Assembly: GCF_017876815.1 (NCBI RefSeq)
Contig: NZ_JAGIOS010000001.1
Span: forward strand, 1,860,001-1,892,000
DNA length: 32,000 nt
Reading direction: 5' to 3'
From: Sinorhizobium meliloti
Lineage (GTDB): Bacteria > Pseudomonadota > Alphaproteobacteria > Rhizobiales > Rhizobiaceae
Shown here: positions 1 through 8,582 of the stretch, one piece after another
How positions within the stretch are numbered: position 1 is the stretch's first letter
How the letters are laid out: each line of letters starts with the position of its first letter
Program-made: the position numbers and the translations under genes
The notes under the pieces: generated by a model
The model's input: the letters and a program-made list of their open reading frames with translations, nothing else
Told to the model about the DNA's origin: nothing
Database searches by the model: none

Positions 1-1277
1 GAGATGTTGCGGATCGCCTCGTCCGTCGCGTGCCTCTCCCGGCGTGCCTCGATCAGGATCTTGGCGTTGATGGCGTAGACGATCTGCATGTGGCGCGGCA
101 GCAGCCGCTCGAAGAGCGGAACCGGCCAGCTCTCGAGCGCTTCCGGCAGCAGGGTGTGGTTCGTATAGGAGAAGGTCCGCCGCGAAATGTCCCAGGCCTG
201 TTCGAAATCGAGCCCGTGCACATCGGTCAAGAGACGCACCAGCTCGGCGACGGAGACCGCCGGATGCGTATCGTTAAGCTGGATGGCGACGGCGTCCGGC
301 AGCGACGTGAAGTCGGGATACTGCTGCAGATGCCGGCGCAGGATGTCCTGGAGCGAGGCGGAGGAGAAGAAATATTCCTGCCTGAGCCTGAGTTCCTGGC
401 CGGCCGGCGTGGCGTCGGCCGGATAGAGCACGCGCGTCAGGCTTTCCGCCTTGTTGCTTTCGCGCAGCGCCCCGATATGGTCGCCGGCATTGAAGGCGTC
501 GAGCAGGATCGGGTCGATCGGCTGCGCGGCCCAGAGGCGAAGCGTGTTGACGCGCGTTGCCCGCCAGCCGACGGCCGGTGTGTCGAAGGCGGTGGCGATA
601 ACGCGCTCGGCCGGCTTCCACACGTAACGCTGCACTTCCTCGTCGATATTGACCGTTTCGACGCTGCCGCCGAAGCCGATCTCGTAGGAGCTTTCGCGGC
701 GCTCGAATTCCCAGGGGTTGCCATGAGCGAGCCAGGTCTCCGGCAGTTCCACCTGCCAGCCGTCGGCCATCTGCTGGCGGAAAAGACCGTGCATGTAGCG
801 TATGCCATAGCCGTAGGCAGGCACGTCGACGGTCGCCATGGATTCCATGAAACAGGCGGCGAGGCGGCCGAGACCGCCATTGCCGAGCGCCGCATCCGGC
901 TCGAGAGCGGCAACGACGTCGATATCGACGCCGAGCGAGGCAAGCGCATCGCGCATCTCGTCCATGAGGCCGAGATTCGTCATGGCGTCGCGCATCATAC
1001 GGCCGATGAGGAACTCGAGCGACATGTAATAGACGCGCTTGGCGCCGGTCGAATAGGTCTTGCGGGTGGAGTCCATCCATTTGTCGGTGATGCGGTCACG
1101 CGCCACGAGGATGGCGGCCGTCAACCAGTCGTGCGGCTTGGCGACTTTCGGGTCCTTGCCGATGCGGTATTTCAGACGCTCGAGAATCTCGACTGCAAGC
1201 TGGCTGGGTTCCGAGGATCTGAGGGCGGGTTGCGGCAGTTCGGTGGTTGAGAGCCGAGTCATCATGAGAACTGTCAT
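1..1277 (-). CDS. glgP: glycogen (alpha-glucan) phosphorylase, N-terminal ~420 codons; the rest of the gene lies left of the window
   Basis: My own minus-strand translation; it is absent from the ORF track because no stop falls in the window. It reads MTRLSTTELP...KRVYYMSLEFLIGR...EPDAALGNGGLGRLAACFMESMAT...YGIRYMHGLFRQ...LRLWAA...RQEYFF...NDTHPA...FSYTNHTLLPEALE, which are hallmark phosphorylase motifs. In-frame ATGs at 1277, 1265 and 1262; start not resolved. The + ORF 30..1250 is its antisense shadow. Confidence 0.9.
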   Translation of the reverse strand, partial: MTVLMMTRLSTTELPQPALRSSEPSQLAVEILERLKYRIGKDPKVAKPHDWLTAAILVARDRITDKWMDSTRKTYSTGAKRVYYMSLEFLIGRMMRDAMTNLGLMDEMRDALASLGVDIDVVAALEPDAALGNGGLGRLAACFMESMATVDVPAYGYGIRYMHGLFRQQMADGWQVELPETWLAHGNPWEFERRESSYEIGFGGSVETVNIDEEVQRYVWKPAERVIATAFDTPAVGWRATRVNTLRLWAAQPIDPILLDAFNAGDHIGALRESNKAESLTRVLYPADATPAGQELRLRQEYFFSSASLQDILRRHLQQYPDFTSLPDAVAIQLNDTHPAVSVAELVRLLTDVHGLDFEQAWDISRRTFSYTNHTLLPEALESWPVPLFERLLPRHMQIVYAINAKILIEARRERHATDEAIRNI

Positions 1278-1440
1278 ACCCTTATTGCATTTCGGAAAGC
1301 CCCAGGTCGGAACCGACCAGGTACAAGGGCAATTTATGCATCGATCCGAAGCGCTTGCAACAGGTGTTTTTAAAAGGATTAAAACAGCAGATGCTTGACG
1401 GTCGGCCCCGATGCCGCAGACATTTCAGGATTGGCGAATA

Positions 1441-1473
1441 AAGCAAAGCGCCGCCCGGAGAGGCCGGGCGGCG
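1441..1473 (-). terminator. putative intrinsic terminator after the TadG/vWA gene
   Basis: 10-bp GC stem: cgccgcccgg (1449-1458) pairs with ccgggcggcg (1464-1473). On the minus strand it is followed by a T-rich run (ctttgcttt). It lies about 25 nt downstream of the stop at 1499. Confidence 0.5.
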
Positions 1474-1498
1474 TTCGACACGGGCTGAAACTTGGCGC

Positions 1499-2788
1499 TT
1501 ATTTCGTCAGGCGCGCAATCATCGCGGCAGCTTTTTGGCCGATCTTCTCGAATTCCGAAACGAGCGCCGCCGCGTCGTCGGCTTCCTTGTAATGATCCGG
1601 CGAAGTAGCGCAGGCCTTCAAAAGATCCTTGCCCCGTTGCGGCGCCATGAAGGCCACGGTGAAGATCGCGATGCCGTTGTTTTTGGCCGTCGTGCAAGCC
1701 GCCTTGGTGACGGAGTCCGCCTTTTCCAGGTCACGGGGCGAGGTCTTGCCGTTGTAGCTCGTGTTTTCGCCGTCGGTCATGAACACGATGTACTTTTCCG
1801 GAGTTTGCCCGTTCTTGGCCAGATGTGCCTCATTCTCACCGTCCAGCAGCAATTCCTCCACGGCTGCAGCAAAGGCCGAGCTGGAATCGGTCCCTCCGGT
1901 CGCGTCGAGGCCCTGAACGTGAGCTGACGCATTCTTCGTGCCCCAGGTCAATTTCGAGGCCCTGTCCTGCCTGTCGTTGTAGGACGCCGCGCCCGCGCGG
2001 AGGTACTCGTTGCCAGGATCCATTTTTGCCAGGGGCGTGAACAGTTTATCAACAGCCGACTTCAGGGTGGTGATCTTGTCGACGTAGCATGGGCTGGTCG
2101 CCCTCACGTTCGACTCTCCCCAGTTCGACGCCGTCCAGTTGATGCATCTGGGGCGGCTCGTATCGACGGTGTCGGTTTTCCATGCCATCGAGCCCGAGCG
2201 ATCGAGTACGAGGTACATCGAAATGGCGTTCTTGCTCTCGGTTGCGCTGTCTGCCGTCGACCGGGTCTCAAGCTCAATGGATTCCTTGCCCAATAGGCGC
2301 GTCATGGCGTTGAACTGCAGCAGGTGCTTGTTCGCCACGGAAACCTGGAACGATTTCCCCTTCGTGCCATTCGGCGTTTCGACGATAACCACTTCCGACG
2401 TATTGACGTCGTCCCAACTCGGTGCGGTCGATCCTGCGGCGGCCATGGTCCCCACGGCCTCCCCCGGAACGTCTGCCGAACTGGTGGCAGCCATCTGCGT
2501 CTTCAGGAACTTGCGTGCGATCGCCTTCGCTTCTTCGATGTCCGGTCTCGCATCGGAAACGAGCGCGGAAGCCGCCGCGAGCGCTGCCGCGTCGGTTGCG
2601 TCCTGAAGTTGGTTCTTGGTCATCAGCATGTTGGCGACATCGACGGACACTCCGCCGACGGCCAGGAGCAGCGGCGCGATCAGCGCCGTCATCATTCCGA
2701 AATTGCCGCCCCGATCCCGCAGCATCGCCAAGAAGGATCGGCCTATGGTTGATCGTCTTCGCATCTGTGAACACCCCAGCAAATACAT
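1499..2788 (-). CDS. membrane-anchored TadE/TadG-like N-terminal domain protein with a von Willebrand factor A (vWA) domain
   Basis: N-terminus RGGNFGMMTALIAPLLLAVGGVSVDVANM is the typical TadE/G-like pseudopilin-type anchor. MIDAS-like YLVLDRSGSM...GGTDS...FMTDGEN indicates a vWA fold. Alternative ATG at 2764 (MRRRSTIGRSF). Confidence 0.75.
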   Translation of the reverse strand: MYLLGCSQMRRRSTIGRSFLAMLRDRGGNFGMMTALIAPLLLAVGGVSVDVANMLMTKNQLQDATDAAALAAASALVSDARPDIEEAKAIARKFLKTQMAATSSADVPGEAVGTMAAAGSTAPSWDDVNTSEVVIVETPNGTKGKSFQVSVANKHLLQFNAMTRLLGKESIELETRSTADSATESKNAISMYLVLDRSGSMAWKTDTVDTSRPRCINWTASNWGESNVRATSPCYVDKITTLKSAVDKLFTPLAKMDPGNEYLRAGAASYNDRQDRASKLTWGTKNASAHVQGLDATGGTDSSSAFAAAVEELLLDGENEAHLAKNGQTPEKYIVFMTDGENTSYNGKTSPRDLEKADSVTKAACTTAKNNGIAIFTVAFMAPQRGKDLLKACATSPDHYKEADDAAALVSEFEKIGQKAAAMIARLTK

Positions 2789-2941
2789 TGCAAGCCCGGG
2801 GCGACAATTAGCGGCGATACCTTGCTCTCATGTTCAGGAAATCGGTTCAATTTTAGCGAAGTTCCTGAAAAACCCGTGGCTTCTAATGGGAATTTCGCCC
2901 GGTGCGCACGTGCAGAAGCGGGACATACGTGCCGTTTCGGA

Positions 2942-3829
2942 TCAACCGACGGGGACGACGTCGACGGCCTGTTCCGTCGTGTGACGGCCGTAGCCTTTCA
3001 GCACGCCGATCACGGGCGCGACATCGCCGTAGTCGCGGCCATGGCCGACGACGATGTGGTCGGTGCCGGCCGGAATATTGTTGGTTGGATCGAGCTCCAT
3101 CCAGCCGCCCGTGGTGCCGCACCAGAAGCGGACCCAGGCATGCATCGCGTCGGCGCCCTCCAGCCGCTCCTGACCCGGCGGCGGCAGGGTTCTCAGGAAC
3201 CCGCTGACATAGCCGGCGGGAATCCCGAGACTGCGCAACGCCACGATCATCACATGGGCGAAGTCCTGGCAGACGCCGCGCTTCAGATCGAAGGCCTCGG
3301 CGGGGGTGGTGTTCACGGTGGTCGCTTCGGAGTCGTAGGCAAAGTCGCGGTGGATGCGATCGCAGACGGCGGCTCCGATCTGCTCGACCGTCATGGTATT
3401 GCGGGCGATCGCGCGGGCATAGGCGGCGATCTCCGGGACGGCGGGAAGGAGCGGGCTCGGACCGAGGAAATGATGCGGGGATTCGGCGTCGACCGACCAG
3501 CAGGCGGCAAGCTCGGGCGCAAGACCGCCGAGCGGAGGCGAAAGGTCGGCCGTGAGCGCCGGCGCCTCAGCCTGGACACGCGCCTGCATCCGGATGACGA
3601 GATGATCATGCACGGAGCGGAACAGGATGGACGTCGTGGGGTTGGCGAAGAAATCCCTGCCTTCCCGGCGTTCGAAGGGCACCGGCTGGCAGGTCACCGA
3701 TCCGGCCACAAGACGTTGCCGTCCGGGAATGGACACCGGCAGCACACGTACGAGATGTCTTCCGCCGCTTACCGGGGCCTCGTAACCGTAGGTGATCTTC
3801 AGGCTGATGTCGTAGAGCACGGCAACCAT
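2942..3829 (-). CDS. transglutaminase-like family protein (Bact_transglu_N plus transglutaminase core)
   Basis: N-terminus YDISLKITYGYEAPV. Core GVCQDFAHVMIVALRSLGIPAGYVSGF...MHAWVRFW...WMELDPTN carries the Cys-His-Asp catalytic signature. The start follows the upstream stop as TGA-AGGAG-ATG (3837..3827). Confidence 0.85.
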   Translation of the reverse strand: MVAVLYDISLKITYGYEAPVSGGRHLVRVLPVSIPGRQRLVAGSVTCQPVPFERREGRDFFANPTTSILFRSVHDHLVIRMQARVQAEAPALTADLSPPLGGLAPELAACWSVDAESPHHFLGPSPLLPAVPEIAAYARAIARNTMTVEQIGAAVCDRIHRDFAYDSEATTVNTTPAEAFDLKRGVCQDFAHVMIVALRSLGIPAGYVSGFLRTLPPPGQERLEGADAMHAWVRFWCGTTGGWMELDPTNNIPAGTDHIVVGHGRDYGDVAPVIGVLKGYGRHTTEQAVDVVPVG

Positions 3830-3834
3830 CTCCT

Positions 3835-6243
3835 TCAGCCGAGATAGGTCTGCGCCAGCAGTTCGGACAGGTGTTCGAGATCCTGCATCAGGCGCCTGTA
3901 GACGGCCCTGTCCATCTGCTCCGGCGTCATGATCGCAAGGCCGGAATGGAGCCGCATCGTTTCCCGGTAGAAGGGTGACATCTGCCCGTTGACGAAGGCG
4001 TTCGGCAGGAGCTCGACCTCTTTCTTGATCTCGTTGAGCTGATAAAGGACCGAGCGCGGATTGAGCGGATCGAGCGCCAGAAGGTCGGTGACCGTCGGTG
4101 CCGCCGTGTTGACGTTGTAGCGCCGGCGGTGCGTCATGACGCTGTCGCCGATCTCCAGCAGCATGTCATAGGCGCCGTCTGGAGCCTCTGGTCCGGACAT
4201 GTGGCCGAGCAGTCCCGTCATATGCAGGCCGCGTTCGAGATAGCGTCCGATCGACAGGAACCGCCATCCGGTGAAGCGGTACATGTTTTCGTGTACCAGG
4301 CCCGCGAAGCCGGCGAGCTTTCGCAGGAGGATCGTCATCGCGTGCGTGGCGTCGTCGCCCGCCTGAACGGTCGCGTGGAACTTCCGCGCCGTTCTGGAGA
4401 GGTCGTTGAGCGCGAGCCACCCGTCCGGCGAGAAGCGGTCGCGGATGTTTCCGGCGCTGAAAAGGGCGCTGTCGATACTGGAAAGCAGGCTATCCGGTAC
4501 CGGCTCCCCGGTGCTGATGCCGAGCACGGCGAGGTAGTCGCTCACATCTTTCAGGAGCGGCATGTTCGGATCGGCGGATTCAGCGAAACGCCCGTGCCAG
4601 GCGCGCAGAACCCGAAGGGCGCCTTCCGCCCTTTCTATGTAGCGGCCGAGCCAGAAGAGGTTGTCCGCTGCCCGGCTGGGCAGGCTGCCGGGCAGGTTAC
4701 GGGTGAAGCTCTCCTCCGCCGGCAGCAAGGTCGTGCGGTCGACGGGCTTGGCGCTGACGATCCAGACGTCGGCGGCAGTGCCGCCGGCCTGCATTGCTAT
4801 CGCCGCCACGTCGTCGCCGGAGCCGATGCGGGCGAAGCCGCCGGGCATGATCTGCCATCCGTCGCGCGTGCGCGCGGCAAACACCCGGAGGCTCATCGGT
4901 CGAGGTGTGAGCCGGCCATGCACCCAGGCCGGCGTCGTCGACAGCGTAACGACCTCCTGGCCCACCAGCTTGCCGCCGTCCGCAGCGAGCCATTCGCCGA
5001 TGGAGGTCCCGGCGCTTTCGCGGAAGGAGGCGCCGAGTACCGATTGGCCTTCGTCGTCGAAGAAGGGCCGCGTCGAATAGGCCGGGCCGATGACCATGCG
5101 CTCGATATTGCCGGCGACATGCCGTCGTTCGGCTTCCTGTCCGCACCACCAGGTGGCGATCGACGGCAGCTTCTGCTCCTCGCCGAGTATATAACGGCAG
5201 ATCGCCGGCAGGAAAGCCAGGAAGGCGCGCGTTTCCAGAATACCGGAGCCGAGTGCATTGACGATCGAGACGGAGCCGGCCCTCAGCGCCTCGACGATAC
5301 CCGGGGTGCCGATATGCGAGGATTGGTTGAGCTCCAGCGGATCGGCAAAGGATGCGTCGAGGCGCCGCCAGAGCACGCCGACGGGTTTCAGGCCGGCCAC
5401 CGTGCGCACCATGACCCGTCCGTCGACGACGGTCAGATCTTCGCCCTCGAGCAGCATGAAGCCGAGATAGCGGGCGATATAGGCATGCTCGAAATAGGTC
5501 TCGTTGGCGATGCCCGGTGAGAGCACGGCAATGCGGTCGTCCGCATGCTGCTTGTGCCCCTGCAGCGTGTCGCGGAAAGCACCGAAGAATCCCGCCAGCC
5601 GATGGACATGGCTTTCGGCATAGAGGTCGGAAAAGGCCCGCGTCGTCGCCACCCGGTTCTCGAGCGCAAAGCCTGCGCCGGAGGGGGCTTCGGTCCGGTC
5701 GGAGAGCACCCACCAGTTTCCGTCGGGGCCGCGTCCGATCTCGAAGGAGCAGAAGTGCAGGAAATGTCCGTTCGCCGGTTCGAGCCCGACGATCGGGCGC
5801 AGGAACTCCGGATTGGAAGCGATGAGGGCGGGGGGCAGCAGGCCGGCCTTGACCAGCCGGTTCTTGCCATAGACGTCGGCAAGCACCCGCTCGAGCAGTT
5901 CGGCCCGCTGGACGAGGCCGGCGGAAACCGTGGCCCATTCCGCCTCGTCGATCAGCACGGGAATGTGCGAAAGCGGCCAGCTGCGCTCGGAATTCTCCTT
6001 GCCGTAGGCGCGATAGAAGACCCCGGCATCGCGCAGATACCGGTCTGCGCGTGCGAAGCGGTTGGCAAGATCCGTCTCGTCCATGCGGCCGAGCGTCGCA
6101 AGCAGCCGCTGCCATACCGGCCGAACGTTGCCGCGCGCGTCGAGCATTTCGTCGGCGACGCCCGGCAAGGCGCGATAGCCAAAGGCCGGGCCGCCCTCGA
6201 TTCGGCTCATCTGTTCCGGCCCTGCGGCCTGCTTCTTCGCCAT
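3835..6243 (-). CDS. fusion protein: circularly permuted type-2 ATP-grasp domain (DUF404/DUF407) plus alpha-E domain (DUF403)
   Basis: The N-terminal 500 aa resemble CP_ATPgrasp_2 proteins (WPLSHIPVLI..., FLHFCSFEIGRGPDGNWWVLSDRTEAPSGAGFALENR, YFEHAYIARYLGFMLLEGEDL). The C-terminal part has alpha-E motifs (AADNLFWLGRYIERAE, FLSIGRYLERG). I prefer the ATG at 6243 (MAKKQAAGPEQ). The longest ORF reaches 6408, but that extension is Arg/Gly-rich and low-complexity. Confidence 0.85.
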   Translation of the reverse strand: MAKKQAAGPEQMSRIEGGPAFGYRALPGVADEMLDARGNVRPVWQRLLATLGRMDETDLANRFARADRYLRDAGVFYRAYGKENSERSWPLSHIPVLIDEAEWATVSAGLVQRAELLERVLADVYGKNRLVKAGLLPPALIASNPEFLRPIVGLEPANGHFLHFCSFEIGRGPDGNWWVLSDRTEAPSGAGFALENRVATTRAFSDLYAESHVHRLAGFFGAFRDTLQGHKQHADDRIAVLSPGIANETYFEHAYIARYLGFMLLEGEDLTVVDGRVMVRTVAGLKPVGVLWRRLDASFADPLELNQSSHIGTPGIVEALRAGSVSIVNALGSGILETRAFLAFLPAICRYILGEEQKLPSIATWWCGQEAERRHVAGNIERMVIGPAYSTRPFFDDEGQSVLGASFRESAGTSIGEWLAADGGKLVGQEVVTLSTTPAWVHGRLTPRPMSLRVFAARTRDGWQIMPGGFARIGSGDDVAAIAMQAGGTAADVWIVSAKPVDRTTLLPAEESFTRNLPGSLPSRAADNLFWLGRYIERAEGALRVLRAWHGRFAESADPNMPLLKDVSDYLAVLGISTGEPVPDSLLSSIDSALFSAGNIRDRFSPDGWLALNDLSRTARKFHATVQAGDDATHAMTILLRKLAGFAGLVHENMYRFTGWRFLSIGRYLERGLHMTGLLGHMSGPEAPDGAYDMLLEIGDSVMTHRRRYNVNTAAPTVTDLLALDPLNPRSVLYQLNEIKKEVELLPNAFVNGQMSPFYRETMRLHSGLAIMTPEQMDRAVYRRLMQDLEHLSELLAQTYLG

Positions 6244-6357
6244 TCCAATCCCTGCCGGACGCCCCGCTCGCGCAACATCATCGGCTGAGCCGCCGATCCC
6301 GATTCGACCATGTATCACAAATCTGGAGTGTTTCGCTGGCGAAGCTTTAGGCAGACG

Positions 6358-6390
6358 GCCGGCAGCCCCGTTTTCGATGGAGCTGCCGGC
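6358..6390 (-). terminator. stem-loop downstream of the aldo/keto reductase gene (possible terminator; no clear U tract)
   Basis: Perfect 9-bp stem: gccggcagc (6358-6366) pairs with gctgccggc (6382-6390). It lies 30 nt after the stop at 6420. Confidence 0.3.
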
Positions 6391-6419
6391 TTCGTCGCTT
6401 GCGTGCACGTCTCGTTTCT

Positions 6420-7454
6420 TCAGACGACCGGCGGGTTGATCCGCGCGAAGCCTTCCTGCCGGTAATAGGGGAAGTATGGGTAGGGGGCGGTCGTCGCACT
6501 CGCCGCGTCGAGCCGGGCGACCTCCTCGGGGGTGAGCGACCAGCCGGCGGCACCGAGGTTCTGTCTGAGCTGCTCTTCATTGCGCGCACCGATGATGACA
6601 CTCGAAACGGTCGGGCGCCGGAGAAGCCAGTTGATGGCGATCTGCGGAACGGTCTTGCCGGTTTCCTGCGCGATGGCGTCGAGGACTTCGACGACGTCGT
6701 AGAGCTTTTCCTCGTCGACCGGCGGCCCGAAGGCGGCGGTGTCGTGCAGGCGGCTGCCCTCGGGCCAGGGCTCGCCGCGGCGGATCTTGCCGGTGAGCCG
6801 CCCCCAGCCGAGCGGGCTCCAGACGAGTGCGCCGACGCCCTGATCGAGACCGAGCGGCATCAGTTCCCATTCGTAATCGCGGCCGACAAGCGAATAATAG
6901 ACCTGGTTGGCGACGTAGCGCGGATATCCCTGGCGGTCGGCGGCGGCGAGGGATTTCATCAGCTGCCAGCCGGAAAAGTTGGAAACGCCGACATAGCGCA
7001 GCTTGCCCGAGCGCACGAGCGTGTCGAGGGTCGACAGGACCTCTTCGACGGGCGTTCCGGCATCGAAGGCGTGCAGTTGCAGCAGGTCGATATAGTCGGT
7101 TCCGAGCCGTTTCAGCGCCTTTTCCACACCGCTGATCAGGCGCGAGCGCGACGATCCGGCGGCGTTCGGTCCTTCGCCCACAGGAAGCGACAGTTTCGTC
7201 GACAGCATGACGTCGTCGCGCCGGCCCTTGATCGCGGCACCAAGGACCTCTTCCGAAGCGCCGTCTGAATAGACATCCGCGGTGTCGAAAAGATTGACGC
7301 CCGCCTCGAGGCAGATGTCGACGAGGCGGCGCGCCTCGGCCGCATCCGTGCTGCCCCAGGCGCCGAAGAGCGGCCCCTTGCCGCCGAAGGTGCCCGCTCC
7401 GAAGCTGAGGACCGGTACTTTCAGTCCCGAGGAACCAAGCCGTCTATATTCCAT
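6420..7454 (-). CDS. aldo/keto reductase family oxidoreductase
   Basis: MEYRRLGSSGLKVPVLSFGAGTFGG...LFDTADVYSDGASEEVLG...STK...YIDLLQLH...GVSNF are AKR signature motifs. The ATG at 7454 has GGAG 9 nt upstream. The track ORF begins 8 codons earlier. Confidence 0.9.
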   Translation of the reverse strand: MEYRRLGSSGLKVPVLSFGAGTFGGKGPLFGAWGSTDAAEARRLVDICLEAGVNLFDTADVYSDGASEEVLGAAIKGRRDDVMLSTKLSLPVGEGPNAAGSSRSRLISGVEKALKRLGTDYIDLLQLHAFDAGTPVEEVLSTLDTLVRSGKLRYVGVSNFSGWQLMKSLAAADRQGYPRYVANQVYYSLVGRDYEWELMPLGLDQGVGALVWSPLGWGRLTGKIRRGEPWPEGSRLHDTAAFGPPVDEEKLYDVVEVLDAIAQETGKTVPQIAINWLLRRPTVSSVIIGARNEEQLRQNLGAAGWSLTPEEVARLDAASATTAPYPYFPYYRQEGFARINPPVV

Positions 7455-7559
7455 AGCTGCAACTCCACTCTTGCTCATGAATCGGTAATATGAAGATGGA
7501 GCTGTACTCGCTTTGGATATAGACTGTCTCCGGGAATATTATCTGTGAGCTGAATTCAT

Positions 7560-8516
7560 ATGTCGAGACCCTCGGTCAACCGCTCGGGCGAAATGGAGAT
7601 CTTTGCGAAGGCGGTGGAGCTGGGCGGATTTTCGGCTGCTGCCCGCCATTACCGCATGACGCCTTCGGCCGTCAGCAAGCTCGTGCTGCGTCTTGAGGAG
7701 CGGCTCGGCGTGAGGCTGGTGAACCGCTCGACGCGCAAGCTTCAGCTGACGCCGGAGGGACATGCATTCTACGAGCGTACGGTGCGCATCCTCGCCGATA
7801 TCGACGAGGCGGAGCGCTCTGCATCGGCCGGCGAGAGCCCGGTCGGCCGGGTCCGGCTGAACGTCAACGCCTCGTTCGGCACCCACGTCCTGATGCCGCT
7901 GGTGCCCGAGTTCCGGGCGCATTTTCCTGCCGTCAGCCTCGACATCGTCATGACCGACGCCGTCGTGGACCTGATGGAGGCGCGCGCCGATGTGGCTATC
8001 CGCGCTGGACCGCTGAAGAGCTCGACGCTGATTGCGCGCAAGCTCGGGGCGACGCGGATGATGATCGTGGCGGCACCGTCCTACATAGAACGGTACGGAA
8101 TGCCCTCGTCGCTCGAGGAGCTCAAGGGGCATGAGCGGCTCGGCTTCTGCTACGCGCGCGCCGTCGACGGCTGGCCGTTGAGGACGGATGGGGAAACGGT
8201 CGTGCTGCCGGCCTCGGGAGCGGTACAGGTGAGCGATGGCGAGGGGTTGCGCCAATTGGCGCTTGCCGGCGCCGGGCTGGCACGGCTTGCGGAGTTCACC
8301 GTAAGGGAAGACGTCAGCGCCCGGCGCCTCGTGCCGGTTCTGGAAGACCTCAATCCGGGCGATCTCGAGGAGGTTCACGCCGTCTATCTCGGCCAGGGCG
8401 GCGCGCTTCCCGCGCGCGTGCGCGCCGTCCTCGATTTCCTCGCCCGCCATGCCCGCATCACGCCGGGGCAGGACGCGGGCAGGCGCCGGACTTCACCCAT
8501 ACCGGCTCCGGCATGA
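7560..8516 (+). CDS. LysR-family transcriptional regulator, divergent from the aldo/keto reductase
   Basis: N-terminal HTH: MEIFAKAVELGGFSAAARHYRMTPSAVSKLVLRLEERLGVRLVNRSTRKLQLTPEG. Substrate-binding domain of LysR length. Classic divergent arrangement. Confidence 0.9.
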   Translation: MSRPSVNRSGEMEIFAKAVELGGFSAAARHYRMTPSAVSKLVLRLEERLGVRLVNRSTRKLQLTPEGHAFYERTVRILADIDEAERSASAGESPVGRVRLNVNASFGTHVLMPLVPEFRAHFPAVSLDIVMTDAVVDLMEARADVAIRAGPLKSSTLIARKLGATRMMIVAAPSYIERYGMPSSLEELKGHERLGFCYARAVDGWPLRTDGETVVLPASGAVQVSDGEGLRQLALAGAGLARLAEFTVREDVSARRLVPVLEDLNPGDLEEVHAVYLGQGGALPARVRAVLDFLARHARITPGQDAGRRRTSPIPAPA

Positions 8517-8582
8517 GGATGATCGCCGAAGCAGGACAGCGGCGGAGATGTCCGCCGCGTTCCCGTTGAGAGGCGCCAACCC

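Noticed and set aside
30-1250. 406-aa + strand ORF, plus two minus ORFs (274..1080 and 437..949)
   Set aside because: They are Arg/Gly/Ala-rich with no recognisable motifs. A different minus frame over the same DNA encodes unmistakable glycogen phosphorylase, so these are high-GC shadow ORFs.
4129-6288. Several long ORFs (4129..5520 +, 4697..6115 -, 5545..6288 +) overlapping the ATP-grasp/alpha-E gene
   Set aside because: Their composition is typical of out-of-frame or antisense reading of GC-rich coding DNA. The 3835..6243 frame has clear domain motifs.
6244-6408. 55-codon N-terminal extension of the ATP-grasp ORF (start at 6408)
   Set aside because: The extension is low-complexity (MHASDEAGSS...GRIGIGGSADD) and has no homology-like features. 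I prefer the ATG at 6243, but this is unproven.
7455-7559. Search for a LysR T-N11-A box between the reductase and the LysR regulator
   Set aside because: I saw only weak partial dyads (for example around GGATATAGACTGTCTCC). Nothing was convincing enough to annotate.
8517-8582. Short hairpin cggcgga-gatg-tccgccg between the convergent LysR and VOC genes
   Set aside because: It has only a 7-bp stem and no U tract on either strand, which is insufficient to call a terminator.
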